Part shown: positions 1 to 9,532 of the stretch, piece by piece
Numbering within the stretch: the first letter of the stretch is position 1
Layout: each line of letters begins with the position of its first letter
From: a virus
Lineage: Duplodnaviria; Caudoviricetes
IMG/VR virus record: IMGVR_UViG_3300028833_000068
Span: 64,001 to 128,000 of that record
Direction: 5' to 3' (one strand)
Length of the DNA: 64,000 nucleotides
Made by a program: the position numbers and the translations under genes
The notes under the pieces: model-generated
Told to the model about the DNA's origin: nothing
Database searches by the model: none
The model's input: only the letters and a program-made list of their open reading frames with translations

Positions 1-2684
1 ATTCTATTCATTAATTTCTTGAATTCTTCAGCAACAGAATAAGCCAACTCATTTTCTCCTTGGGGTGCTTGCTGTTGCTGCGTTTGAACTTGTGGCTGAC
101 CAACAACTTGATTATAGAAGTTTATAACCTCTTGTGGTGTATTATGGTCAATTTCAGAACCGCCACCGCCATATTCAGAACCATTTTGTATAACCCATCT
201 CTTTAATACAGTACCATTATTATCAAAGTTCTTCCTAAATTCTAATCCAATACCACTACCATTGAAACAATCTATACAACCATTATCGTAATTAAGTTGC
301 AATGGATAATCAACGCCATTTGGATTAACTAGCGATAAATTGGTTTTATAATCATATGCAAAATACTTGCCATTTATGGTATATATAATCATATATGTCC
401 ATTCTTCAGCTTCCACAATACTATCAACATTATTTGGTAATAGTTCTTCTGCATCTATATTGGTTGCTGCATAGCTTTTGTCTCTAAATCCAAATACATT
501 GAATTTACCATCCATTTTCTGCAACACCCTTAAATCACTGTGACTGTCTGGTCGTGTGACATCACTAATGCCTCTTGCCACATATTCTTGTTTCTTAAAG
601 TCGAATATTGCTTTCTCCTCACTATTTCTTAAATAGCAATACAAGTAACGGCTATTTGCACTATAAAGTTTAACTGTTGATTCAATTTCTTCATTACACA
701 ATCTGCGCTGTACGTAGTCATATATGACCCAAGTGTTCATCGCAATTCGTGGATTATAAACGCCAACGACAACCTTGTTGTTAACTGGACTATTGCTCCC
801 TAATCCTTGGAATTCTGCATATACGTCTTTTTGCTGCAAATCTATGAAATGAACATTCTTGCCTTGGTTAACACCACAAGCAATACCCTTTTTTATGTCA
901 AGATAACCCCATTTGTCATACCATTCTCCTATTTGTTGGCCATTATAGTCAAAATAACCAAATTTATCTTGTTTTTCAGCAACAATTATTAACTGATTGG
1001 CATCAATGAAGTCATCTACCCATTCTTTAAGTAATAAATCACCACCCCATTGTGTTACAATATTTTTTAGTGTTTTTGTACTAGTATCACCATAACTGTC
1101 AGTTTCTTTCTCGTTTACTGTAACAACATAACACCCATTTGCAATTTCTCTCTCCAAATGGTAATTTGGATATTCTTGTCCATCCTCTGAAGGATTTCCA
1201 TCATCATATGCCCTATATTTACCAAACATACCCTCAACGATACCATTTTCGCTGATAATATAGTATTCGCCATTTCTAGGTGTGTCTCTATGTACAATGC
1301 AGTCTAAATCATACCCATTATTACTATCACCGCCAACAGTAAATAGTGAATGATAATCATCACAAATGGTCTCAATAAAGATTCTATACCATTTTCCTTC
1401 ATCTGCTTGGGTACAAACTTTGTTTATTACCATACTTTCTACATTGGTAGCATCTAAATGCTTATATTCATTCTCACCATAAGGAGAATAAAAAGTGAAA
1501 AAATGACTCGAATCATTAGATACTGCAAAAACACCAAGACCGCTTGGTAACTCTAAGAATTCCGCTATTTGATACATCTCCCATCTAGAATTAGCCCAAC
1601 TAGAAGAAGGGTTTTGTTCGTTAATGGCGAGTAATGTTGAGCTTTCACCTCTCAAAATAACATAAGGAACATCTTCATTGTTAGAAATAATAACATCATT
1701 GGTATTTGGATTTGGAACTCCTTCCCATCCTATTGGGTCTCTGTCATCTCTATCTACATCATAAAGATAAAAACTTGTATTTTCATCTGGTTCTGTGTAT
1801 TCATAGTTATCGTCATATTCTTGCAAAAGATACAAGTCATCTGTTATACTATATCCGTGTTCCCATCTTCTTTGCTCATAATGTTCTATTTTAGCCTCCA
1901 TATCCTCAAAATCAGAGTCATCAATGCCCTCACTTCTATAGAATTCAAAGGCACTATCTGGCATGTCAATCTCAGTCAATGTAACTGGTTCATCATCCTT
2001 ATCCATAAATTGATGACTAGGGAAATGGAACTGATAACGAGTAAATGGATAATCTTTACCAAGTCTGCTTTCTCCCTTTGACATATCAAAGTTAACATAG
2101 TATTTATCATCACCATTTTCTAGATAATGGTCATAATATTGTCTACCACCACGAAAGTCAGTACGACCACCAGCAGTACACCAATACATATTCTCTCCAA
2201 GCTTACAATCTGCTTCATATGTATTAGGAACGGCAATTATCCAATCATCTTCATCGAAAACAATGTCAAAATCATTAGCTAGCTCTGATGGAACTTCTTC
2301 AACCCAACCATTATTCATCAACGTAGTAGTAGATTCATCACTCTTGGTTAGAACAGTATCCTCCTCTGGGACAAATCTCAACCCAGCTTCAACTGAAGGA
2401 CAATGCTGAATTTGCACCTCTGGATGTTCTTTATAGTGTTGAAACATCTTTTGGATTCTACCATTGTTCAAATTTCTAGTAATTTCATCACTCTCATTAT
2501 CCCACTTGCTTAAAAGCCATTGAGAATAACTCTTTTTCTTTGTGGGGTCAATCTCAATAACTGCGTCAATAACATCAGAAGGAACATTTTGATATTTATA
2601 ATGAAGAACCTCCCTAGGGTCTCTGCCTTCCTCTAACAACTGCTCAAACTCTATCCTATCTAATATTTCATTTAAAAAAGTCAT
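1..2684 (-). CDS. Large protein (>890 aa, runs off the window edge) with a jumbo-phage 'WCT' (PcfJ-like) domain
   Basis: ATG at 2684. I translated the first ~230 codons and the last few by hand; the two ends are in the same frame, and the ORF track reports no ORF here, consistent with no stop before the edge. N-term MTFLNEILDRIEFEQLLEEG; contains IVFDEDDWIIAVPNTYEADCKLGENMYWCTAG...YQFHFPSHQFMDKDD. Confidence 0.8.
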   Translation of the reverse strand, partial: MTFLNEILDRIEFEQLLEEGRDPREVLHYKYQNVPSDVIDAVIEIDPTKKKSYSQWLLSKWDNESDEITRNLNNGRIQKMFQHYKEHPEVQIQHCPSVEAGLRFVPEEDTVLTKSDESTTTLMNNGWVEEVPSELANDFDIVFDEDDWIIAVPNTYEADCKLGENMYWCTAGGRTDFRGGRQYYDHYLENGDDKYYVNFDMSKGESRLGKDYPFTRYQFHFPSHQFMDKDDEPVTLTEIDMPDSAFEFYRSEGIDDSDFEDMEAKIEHYEQRRWEHGYSITDDLYLLQEYDDNYEYTEPDENTSFYLYDVDRDDRDPIGWEGVPNPNTNDVIISNNEDVPYVILRGESSTLLAINEQNPSSSWANSRWEMYQIAEFLELPSGLGVFAVSNDSSHFFTFYSPYGENEYKHLDATNVESMVINKVCTQADEGKWYRIFIETICDDYHSLFTVGGDSNNGYDLDCIVHRDTPRNGEYYIISENGIVEGMFGKYRAYDDGNPSEDGQEYPNYHLEREIANGCYVVTVNEKETDSYGDTSTKTLKNIVTQWGGDLLLKEWVDDFIDANQLIIVAEKQDKFGYFDYNGQQIGEWYDKWGYLDIKKGIACGVNQGKNVHFIDLQQKDVYAEFQGLGSNSPVNNKVVVGVYNPRIAMNTWVIYDYVQRRLCNEEIESTVKLYSANSRYLYCYLRNSEEKAIFDFKKQEYVARGISDVTRPDSHSDLRVLQKMDGKFNVFGFRDKSYAATNIDAEELLPNNVDSIVEAEEWTYMIIYTINGKYFAYDYKTNLSLVNPNGVDYPLQLNYDNGCIDCFNGSGIGLEFRKNFDNNGTVLKRWVIQNGSEYGGGGSEIDHNTPQEVINFYNQVVGQPQVQTQQQQAPQGENELAYSVAEEFKKLMNR

Positions 2685-2725
2685 ACTTATATAACACTAT
2701 TTCACTATAAATATAAAAAAGGTGA

Positions 2726-3217
2726 CTAAACAGCCACCTTTTTCCAAAAAAAATTTGTAATATCAATAAACTCAAGTTTTTTATCTCCATTCTCTAGCTT
2801 CTCGTGATTAATATAGAATAATTTCTGATTTGTTGTTTCTTTATTCAAACCACCAAGTTCTTCATCATAGTGTCCCAACTTGATGTAATCGAACCAATTA
2901 AACTCAACGTTTTTATAATAATTATCCATACCACTATACCAACCAACCTTTAAATGCCTTACCTCATGTACATATTCAGCTAGTGCATTAATTGTCTCTG
3001 GTTCTGCGTCACCACCCATAAAACATACAGTTGTTATACCATCGTTCTTGTCTATCAACCTATCAAGCTCATCTGCCGTAAGTTCTGTGCCAACATCATC
3101 CCAAAGGAACTTAGAATGGCATCCCTTACAATGACAAGGACAGTTGGTTATATTAATCGCTAACGTTATCTCATTCGGTATTTCTTCAAATACCACCATC
3201 GCATTATAATACTTCAT
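2726..3217 (-). CDS. nrdG: Anaerobic ribonucleotide reductase activating enzyme (radical SAM)
   Basis: CxxxCxxC motif (CPCHCKGCHS), FMGGD, DYIKLGHY, TTNQK; downstream of nrdD. Confidence 0.93.
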   Translation of the reverse strand: MKYYNAMVVFEEIPNEITLAINITNCPCHCKGCHSKFLWDDVGTELTADELDRLIDKNDGITTVCFMGGDAEPETINALAEYVHEVRHLKVGWYSGMDNYYKNVEFNWFDYIKLGHYDEELGGLNKETTNQKLFYINHEKLENGDKKLEFIDITNFFWKKVAV

Positions 3218-3447
3218 ACTCCCTTATCCTTAAAATAATTCTCATCCAATACGTATAACCCACATTCACACACATCTTTCTCCTTATAATCTGTACAAGG
3301 ACAATGCAAGTCCTTACCCTCATAATCCTCAGAATCGTGCGTACAAGGGCATAACCCATCACATTTCTCACATCTCCTTAATATTGCATTCACAACCTTG
3401 TCATTTGGATTTAACTTCCAACCTTGCTTACGTAATATTTGTATCAT
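3214..3447 (-). CDS. Ferredoxin-thioredoxin reductase catalytic-subunit-like protein
   Basis: WKLNPND, CPC...CPC...CECGLY cysteine pattern of FTR catalytic chains. Confidence 0.82.
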   Translation of the reverse strand: MIQILRKQGWKLNPNDKVVNAILRRCEKCDGLCPCTHDSEDYEGKDLHCPCTDYKEKDVCECGLYVLDENYFKDKGV

Positions 3448-4150
3448 TTTTTAAAACCTTTATTAATTCTTCTAATGGAGAACTCGTTTCAAGAATATAG
3501 AACAAATCCTTATTTGGACCAAATTCCCCACATAATTCATTTTCTTTTGTTATCCTTGCTAGTACAGCTTCTTCAAAACTATCATATTTTCCTAGGTCAA
3601 GTGTCTTATAATCTTTCATTAACCTTGCAGAATATTTACCATCTCTAAGTCGATTAACTCCAGTAATTTTCCCTTTTTTCCTTATATTCGTCATATTTTC
3701 TCTATGAGAACATATTCTGAGGTTTGATTTCCTATTATCTAATGTATCCCCATTAATATGGTCAACAACTCTTTTTATTGAATATTCTTCATTGTGAACC
3801 CCCATAACAAATCTATGAGCAAGTATCTTATGCAATTGTGGAGTTGAAATTATGGCATATATTTTACTATTATGCCTACAAATATATATCTTCTTGTCTT
3901 TCAGCTTATCATAATCGTCCAAATCAAATTTTACCTTAGCATTTGGTTCAAAATTTTTATCATATGTAATACATTCAGCATAGTTATCGTTCAATATCCA
4001 TTCATTTCTATCGAATATCGTCCTTTCCAATACTTTACCATAACGCCACATCTGCATTAGATGTCTTTTACAATATTCCTTTCCTTTGAATCTAGCTCTT
4101 GATTTTTCACCACAAATACAACAATTAGTTAATGGTTCTCTATTCCTCAT
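3428..4150 (-). CDS. HNH-AP2 homing endonuclease
   Basis: N-terminal CxxC..CxxH; DHINGDTLDNRKSNLRICSHRENMTN (HNH); AP2-like LGKYDSFEEAVLAR. Confidence 0.88.
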   Translation of the reverse strand: MRNREPLTNCCICGEKSRARFKGKEYCKRHLMQMWRYGKVLERTIFDRNEWILNDNYAECITYDKNFEPNAKVKFDLDDYDKLKDKKIYICRHNSKIYAIISTPQLHKILAHRFVMGVHNEEYSIKRVVDHINGDTLDNRKSNLRICSHRENMTNIRKKGKITGVNRLRDGKYSARLMKDYKTLDLGKYDSFEEAVLARITKENELCGEFGPNKDLFYILETSSPLEELIKVLKNDTNIT

Positions 4151-4169
4151 AACAGTATACTATCCAAAT

Positions 4170-4194
4170 GTGGCTTACAAACACTGTAAGCCAC
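4170..4194. terminator. Hairpin after nrdD
   Basis: gtggcttaca-aacac-tgtaagccac perfect 10-bp stem. Confidence 0.55.
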
Positions 4195-4203
4195 CTTATT
4201 TTT

Positions 4204-6396
4204 TTATTCTACATTATAATATCTCATATGTTCCTCTATTTGCCTTGCTTCATTGAAAGAACTTACTCGTTTAAGATACCCGATTATCCTTGTTAGATAA
4301 TCGATATCTTTACTTCCACACTTTGGACAAACATCCAATGTATCTTTACTTATGTAACCACATTCATTGCAGACAGAATTCTTGCAATTGAACGTGAAAT
4401 AACTACATCCATATTCTGATGCCACTCTCAATAACTGCCTATATTGGTCGAATGAAAGGTGCTCATTCAAATTTAAATGAGCAGCTTGTCCTCCATCAAG
4501 ATATTTAACAAAGTTGTTGCCATGTAATTTCATCTTATCAAGAATTGAAAGACTAGTATCTTCTGGATTAAAGAAATAGCTGCTATACATTATATGCTTT
4601 GGTGATACGTAATATCCATCTTTTTTGTCCCAATTATAGTTCTTGTTGGAAAGATTTTCACCTGGGATAAACTCTGTGTTGTACATGCACTCTCTAGTTC
4701 TATCCTTCTTATTTGATATGTTGATGGTTTCAAGTACTTTGTTTACAAATTCCTCATAATCTTTATTGAGGTTTGCATCTATTGATAAAAACTCTGCTGC
4801 ATCTGTAAGACCATTTACGCCAACTGTAAGATATTGTTTACGCATATTAATGAAGCCAGCTCTATAAACATCGAGCATATTTGCATTAAGGAAGTCCTTA
4901 ATAATCTCATTGAAAGCTCTTTGATACTTATGAACTCTCTCAGTCATTTCAGTAATACCACTTGAAATATATTTATAAAGAAGTTCCTTATCTTTAACTT
5001 CATTAATATTAACTTGTTTTGATGCTTCAAGCTCAATACCCTCGAACTCACTGAAATATAATCTAGTAGCATTCTGAATAACACGGTTAAGATTAATTGT
5101 CATAACTGACTTAGAACCAGTTGCAACAGATGCCGTACCCATTGAGAATTGGTGTGTTGTATGATTGTGCTCATCATCCTCAACATCTTTAAGAGAGTTG
5201 CGCAATCTACAACAGCTTGAGAGGCTATCTGGTGAATCGCTCAAATAACAGAAGAAAGAATGACCTTCAGCCCACATTTCTGCTGTGAAATCTGCATATT
5301 CCTTATCCACAATATCATGCCCATCAGTAAGCATTGCCATTGTTTCTACTGGGAATGTCAATACATATTTCGTTCTTTCCTCGTTGAACCACTTCATGAA
5401 TTTCTTCTGAAGCCAAGAAAGCGTTTCCCATTTTGGCGCAGTTCCATCTGGGAATCTGAAATCGTTGAATACGCCTTCGAAATAATTCTTATCGAAGTAT
5501 CCAACATTCCAGAATACAGTTTGGTAACCTCTGTTACCTGCGGGCATATTCATGGAATGTACCACTTGTTGGAAGCAATTTTCTATTACTTGCTCTAATG
5601 TTCTACCTTTTCTATTTAATTCAACTTGTTTATCCAAAATGTTAAGATAGTCATCACCATAATCTTTTCTAATGAAATAGTCCATATACATAAGGAATTC
5701 TGGTGTTGCAACAGCTCCCATAAACTGTGATGACACTGAATAAACTAAGTTAATAAATTCGCCACAATATGACTTTAGGTCTGTTGGGGCTTTAGATTGT
5801 CCTCCAAGGTTCTTAAGCCCGTCTACAAGGAAAGGATACATTGTAATGGCAACACAATAGGGATATCCTGGAGTTCCACTTTCATCGTGTTTATATAAAA
5901 CATGTGATTCGAGGTCTTTTATATATTGGTCAGCTAATTTCTTAGAATACAATACTTTAATTTTATTATGCATTATATATCTATTTTGCTGAATATTCTT
6001 TCCTTTATGTAGTTCTTGACCTAATGTAACTACATTTTTGTTTTCCACATTAGCATTGGAATCATATTTTGAGCCTGTGGAGGCATTAGATGCATTGATA
6101 TAGTCTCTGATGAAATCGCTGTCTTTCTTTAAGGTTTTGTCCTTGTCTTTCTTCTCTTCATATTTCTTAATGTATTCTCTAGCAACTTTCTTATTAACAG
6201 ACATAAGTGCTTCTTCTACTTGTCTTCTAATTTCATTTGAAGAAATCTTGTCATAAATGAATAGATTACTGATTAAAGACTCAATTAAACCATCTGGACA
6301 AACCTCATTGACAGATGTATATGCTTCACAAATCCCGTGTTTTACCTTTGAAGGGTCATATTCTTCAAAGTATCCTTCGCTTTTTCTTACTTCCAT
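4204..6396 (-). CDS. nrdD: Class III (anaerobic) ribonucleoside-triphosphate reductase
   Basis: N-terminal ATP cone, SSCCRL, Zn site CNECG..CPKCG, glycyl radical motif TRIIGYL. Confidence 0.96.
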   Translation of the reverse strand: MEVRKSEGYFEEYDPSKVKHGICEAYTSVNEVCPDGLIESLISNLFIYDKISSNEIRRQVEEALMSVNKKVAREYIKKYEEKKDKDKTLKKDSDFIRDYINASNASTGSKYDSNANVENKNVVTLGQELHKGKNIQQNRYIMHNKIKVLYSKKLADQYIKDLESHVLYKHDESGTPGYPYCVAITMYPFLVDGLKNLGGQSKAPTDLKSYCGEFINLVYSVSSQFMGAVATPEFLMYMDYFIRKDYGDDYLNILDKQVELNRKGRTLEQVIENCFQQVVHSMNMPAGNRGYQTVFWNVGYFDKNYFEGVFNDFRFPDGTAPKWETLSWLQKKFMKWFNEERTKYVLTFPVETMAMLTDGHDIVDKEYADFTAEMWAEGHSFFCYLSDSPDSLSSCCRLRNSLKDVEDDEHNHTTHQFSMGTASVATGSKSVMTINLNRVIQNATRLYFSEFEGIELEASKQVNINEVKDKELLYKYISSGITEMTERVHKYQRAFNEIIKDFLNANMLDVYRAGFINMRKQYLTVGVNGLTDAAEFLSIDANLNKDYEEFVNKVLETINISNKKDRTRECMYNTEFIPGENLSNKNYNWDKKDGYYVSPKHIMYSSYFFNPEDTSLSILDKMKLHGNNFVKYLDGGQAAHLNLNEHLSFDQYRQLLRVASEYGCSYFTFNCKNSVCNECGYISKDTLDVCPKCGSKDIDYLTRIIGYLKRVSSFNEARQIEEHMRYYNVE

Positions 6397-6617
6397 TAAA
6401 GCAAAACTTTTTTATTCTATTATTTTATTAAATTCGGTTAACCATTTTTTAATTTTAACATCTGATGTAAGAATAAATATAGAGTAAGTCTTTAAAAAAA
6501 TTCTCAAAAATTAAAAAAATGGCTATCATTTTTCGCAACTACTTGATAGCCAACTGATAAAAAAAATAATTTTTTTTTTATTAATTTTTTCTACAAAAAA
6601 ATGTATTGTTGTTATAT

Positions 6618-8024
6618 TTACTTTTTCTTTTCTGTCATACTTTTCATTATTTGAGTTTGTAGTTTAAAGGTATCATCCTTTTCTTTCTTTTTCAGTTCAA
6701 ATAAGCTATCGAATTCATCAGTATTATCAGTACTTATGCGACAAGTTCCATTATTAAACTCAACATTATGGAAGACTTTACCGCTCTTTCCTGCACGATT
6801 CTTAAGGATTGCTATTGTTGCTTTATTTGCTGCAATATCATCAACTGTTCTTGCAATTGACATAATTACGTGAGCAATCTGTGCTTTTTTCACAGAGCCA
6901 CCAATTTTATCCATTGTTACAAGTTCAAGATTGATTGAATCCTTTGTTCCTTGGGAAGGAATCCAAATTGCCATATCAAGTTCACCAGCCATAGCTTCAA
7001 ATTTACGCATTGTCTTACCCTCTTGTGAGAACTCATTTGATGATGCTCTATCATTCTCATGTTCAAGACATTCGAAATAGTCTATAATGGTTAAATCTGG
7101 CTTGAATCCACTATTAATCAGTTTCCTTATGAACCTTTCAAGTTGTCTTGCTGTTTTTTCTCCACTTGGAAATTTAACTATTCTTAAGTTCTTATCCAAT
7201 TTATCCTTATCAGGGAAATTTGCAATTGTTTCTTTAACCAATTCAATATTCTCTGGTTTTGATAAATCTTTTGCTTCAATACCAGTAATGCGTCCAATAT
7301 GTTTTCTTTGGATTTGCTTTATTCTATCCTCAAACACAATTTGTAGCACTTTAAACCCACTGCAAGCTGCATGAGAAGCCATCGCTGTAGTCAGCGATGT
7401 CTTTCCAAAACTCGTAGGCCCGATAATAACTCCAAGTTCTCCTTTTCCAAGACCGCCTTCAAGGGCTTCATCAATCTTACCAATGCCAGTTGGAATTGGG
7501 GTACGATAATCGTCTGATAAAGTTTCTCCTATATGTTCGAATACTGTTTCTCCAAAGTCATTATGGATACCTTGTGTCATGGCATCGTTAAGAAGTCCAA
7601 CGCATCTGTCATATTGGTCATCTTCGCCTTTTCCAGCAATTTTAAGGATTTCATTGGCCGTTTTAATTATATTCTGTTGTCTGAAGAATTTTTCAGCCAT
7701 ATCTCTGATTCTATCTACCCCATCAGTCTGGGTTTCACGAATCTTTTCAATAATTGCGAGATATGTTTCAATCTCTTTTTCAGAGTGTGATATATCTCGC
7801 AATTCAATTTCCATCATATCGTATGATGGCACGTGTCCTTCTCTTTCAAAAAAGTTCTTCATCACGCCCACATATGTCTTCAGATTTGGGTCTGTAAACA
7901 TATTTTGGTCTATTATTGAACTTAAATCTTCAAAGAAGGTGTGATTTTCCATGAATTCATGGGTGAGTTTATACTGGAACTTCTCACCCAAGAATCCTAG
8001 ATTTGTTTTATTAGGTTGAGCCAT
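6618..8024 (-). CDS. DnaB/T4 gp41-like replicative helicase
   Basis: IPTGIGKIDEALEGGLGKGELGVIIGPTSFGKT (Walker A), IIDY, KNRAG. Confidence 0.93.
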   Translation of the reverse strand: MAQPNKTNLGFLGEKFQYKLTHEFMENHTFFEDLSSIIDQNMFTDPNLKTYVGVMKNFFEREGHVPSYDMMEIELRDISHSEKEIETYLAIIEKIRETQTDGVDRIRDMAEKFFRQQNIIKTANEILKIAGKGEDDQYDRCVGLLNDAMTQGIHNDFGETVFEHIGETLSDDYRTPIPTGIGKIDEALEGGLGKGELGVIIGPTSFGKTSLTTAMASHAACSGFKVLQIVFEDRIKQIQRKHIGRITGIEAKDLSKPENIELVKETIANFPDKDKLDKNLRIVKFPSGEKTARQLERFIRKLINSGFKPDLTIIDYFECLEHENDRASSNEFSQEGKTMRKFEAMAGELDMAIWIPSQGTKDSINLELVTMDKIGGSVKKAQIAHVIMSIARTVDDIAANKATIAILKNRAGKSGKVFHNVEFNNGTCRISTDNTDEFDSLFELKKKEKDDTFKLQTQIMKSMTEKKK

Positions 8025-8058
8025 TAATCTTGGTCATTTTACTCAAATTATTTTCCAA

Positions 8059-8832
8059 TTAATATAGGTTTTTAAAGTATTTATTGGTCTTTGCTTGTAC
8101 TGCACGTTCCCAATCCTTTTCTATCTTCTTGTTAGCCAAATACAAGCTATAAGAATACCTCTTGTTCTTTCCGTTACCATCCTTGCCATAATCGTCAATA
8201 ACGGTATACTTGCTCAAGTATTTGGAATTTTCCCTTGGGTCAAACTTTCCATTTTCCTTAAGTTCTTCCTTTGATGGGGAACAAACCTCGCAGATTTTCT
8301 TTGTAATTTGAAGCAATACATCTGGTTTATCAATAATCATGCCCTTCAATACCTCATGTTCAAATGACAATCTATCCTCATTTGCCTTGAAGAATGCCTC
8401 TTTTTCATAAGAGAATGTTTGACCTTCCTTATTGGTAATCTTCACATTCTTATTACTTAAATCAACCTTGTCACGAATATACTTTGGATAAGCATATCCA
8501 TCCCAAATCTTAGTAATCACATCTCTTTTGTTGTCGGATATTACAATCTTGAACGTACAAGCCCAAGGTTCAATTAAGGGAGAAATGAATTCCTCATTGT
8601 CTTCTGGGAACTGTGGATTAAAGTAATACCACGAATAAACACGACTCTTTGACTTTAAATCATCATCGATTAAACGAACAATCTCATCTACCTTCTCCTT
8701 GAACTCCAACGTGTTCATACTGTTCTCAATGAAGTTGTAAATTCTGAAATTTCGCTTACAGATAATGTTGTCATTCACATAAATAGTAAACTCAAATCTC
8801 TCCTCTTTGTAATCTCTTTCCTTATTTTCCAT
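8059..8832 (-). CDS. Hypothetical protein (257 aa)
   Basis: Long ORF in operon with helicase. Confidence 0.75.
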   Translation of the reverse strand: MENKERDYKEERFEFTIYVNDNIICKRNFRIYNFIENSMNTLEFKEKVDEIVRLIDDDLKSKSRVYSWYYFNPQFPEDNEEFISPLIEPWACTFKIVISDNKRDVITKIWDGYAYPKYIRDKVDLSNKNVKITNKEGQTFSYEKEAFFKANEDRLSFEHEVLKGMIIDKPDVLLQITKKICEVCSPSKEELKENGKFDPRENSKYLSKYTVIDDYGKDGNGKNKRYSYSLYLANKKIEKDWERAVQAKTNKYFKNLY

Positions 8833-8866
8833 AATTTTTAATAATTAAAAGTTAAACATATATAAA

Positions 8867-9121
8867 CTAAACTCTATAATAATCAAACACTTCTGATAAT
8901 TTAATGCTTCCTTCCCCAAATATTTTATAACCTCGATTATTTGCCACTGAGAACTTGGATGGATTATTTAATGCTTCATAAATTTTTTCTTTAGAATTGC
9001 CTTTCCTTTGGTCACAAAGTTCAAAATAATATTCTAATATTCTAAATTTTCCCCATAACTTTTCCCTTTTAAGTTTTTGAGCAAATTTTTTAAATGATTT
9101 ACTTTTGTATCTATCGTTCAT
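8867..9121 (-). CDS. Hypothetical protein
   Basis: ORF directly behind a host-type promoter. Confidence 0.65.
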   Translation of the reverse strand: MNDRYKSKSFKKFAQKLKREKLWGKFRILEYYFELCDQRKGNSKEKIYEALNNPSKFSVANNRGYKIFGEGSIKLSEVFDYYRV

Positions 9122-9137
9122 AATTCAAATTTCGTAA

Positions 9138-9171
9138 TGCAAAGATATATAAAAAAATGTTAAATTCCAAA
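9138..9171 (-). promoter_or_regulatory. Bacteroidota sigma-A-type promoter
   Basis: Minus strand TTTG...TATCTTTGCA (-33/-7 elements). Confidence 0.75.
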
Positions 9172-9190
9172 TTTTATGTTAAAAAATGTT

Positions 9191-9532
9191 TTAAATTTTA
9201 AAATAATTAAAAACATCTCCAATTGTGATATATCTACATTCACCCCAATTTAATGGTTCAAACTCCTTTCCATCATTTTTTTTCTTGTATATTTCATCAA
9301 AGGCTTTATATCTTATATCTTCGATACCAAGACAAATATAGGTCTCATCACAATACTTTAATGCAGCTTTAATGTCAGATGGTGTTAAGCCATTAAGCAT
9401 ATCTGGGAAATAGTATATCATACATTTCAGCCTATTATAAGTCTTTAAATCCTTATTGGATATTAGTTTTTTAAGATACTCCTTTAACCAATAACACTTA
9501 TATTGTTCAATTTTCTTTTCTATACTGCTCAT
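9191..9532 (-). CDS. Hypothetical protein
   Basis: ORF overlapping the end of the exonuclease gene. Confidence 0.65.
   Translation of the reverse strand: MSSIEKKIEQYKCYWLKEYLKKLISNKDLKTYNRLKCMIYYFPDMLNGLTPSDIKAALKYCDETYICLGIEDIRYKAFDEIYKKKNDGKEFEPLNWGECRYITIGDVFNYFKI

Noticed and set aside
807-2081. Short ORFs listed in the track
   Set aside because: Shadows of the long minus-strand frame 2684 to 1
4204-8024. Introns or inteins in nrdD or the helicase
   Set aside because: Both ORFs are continuous, of normal length, with no intein terminal motifs
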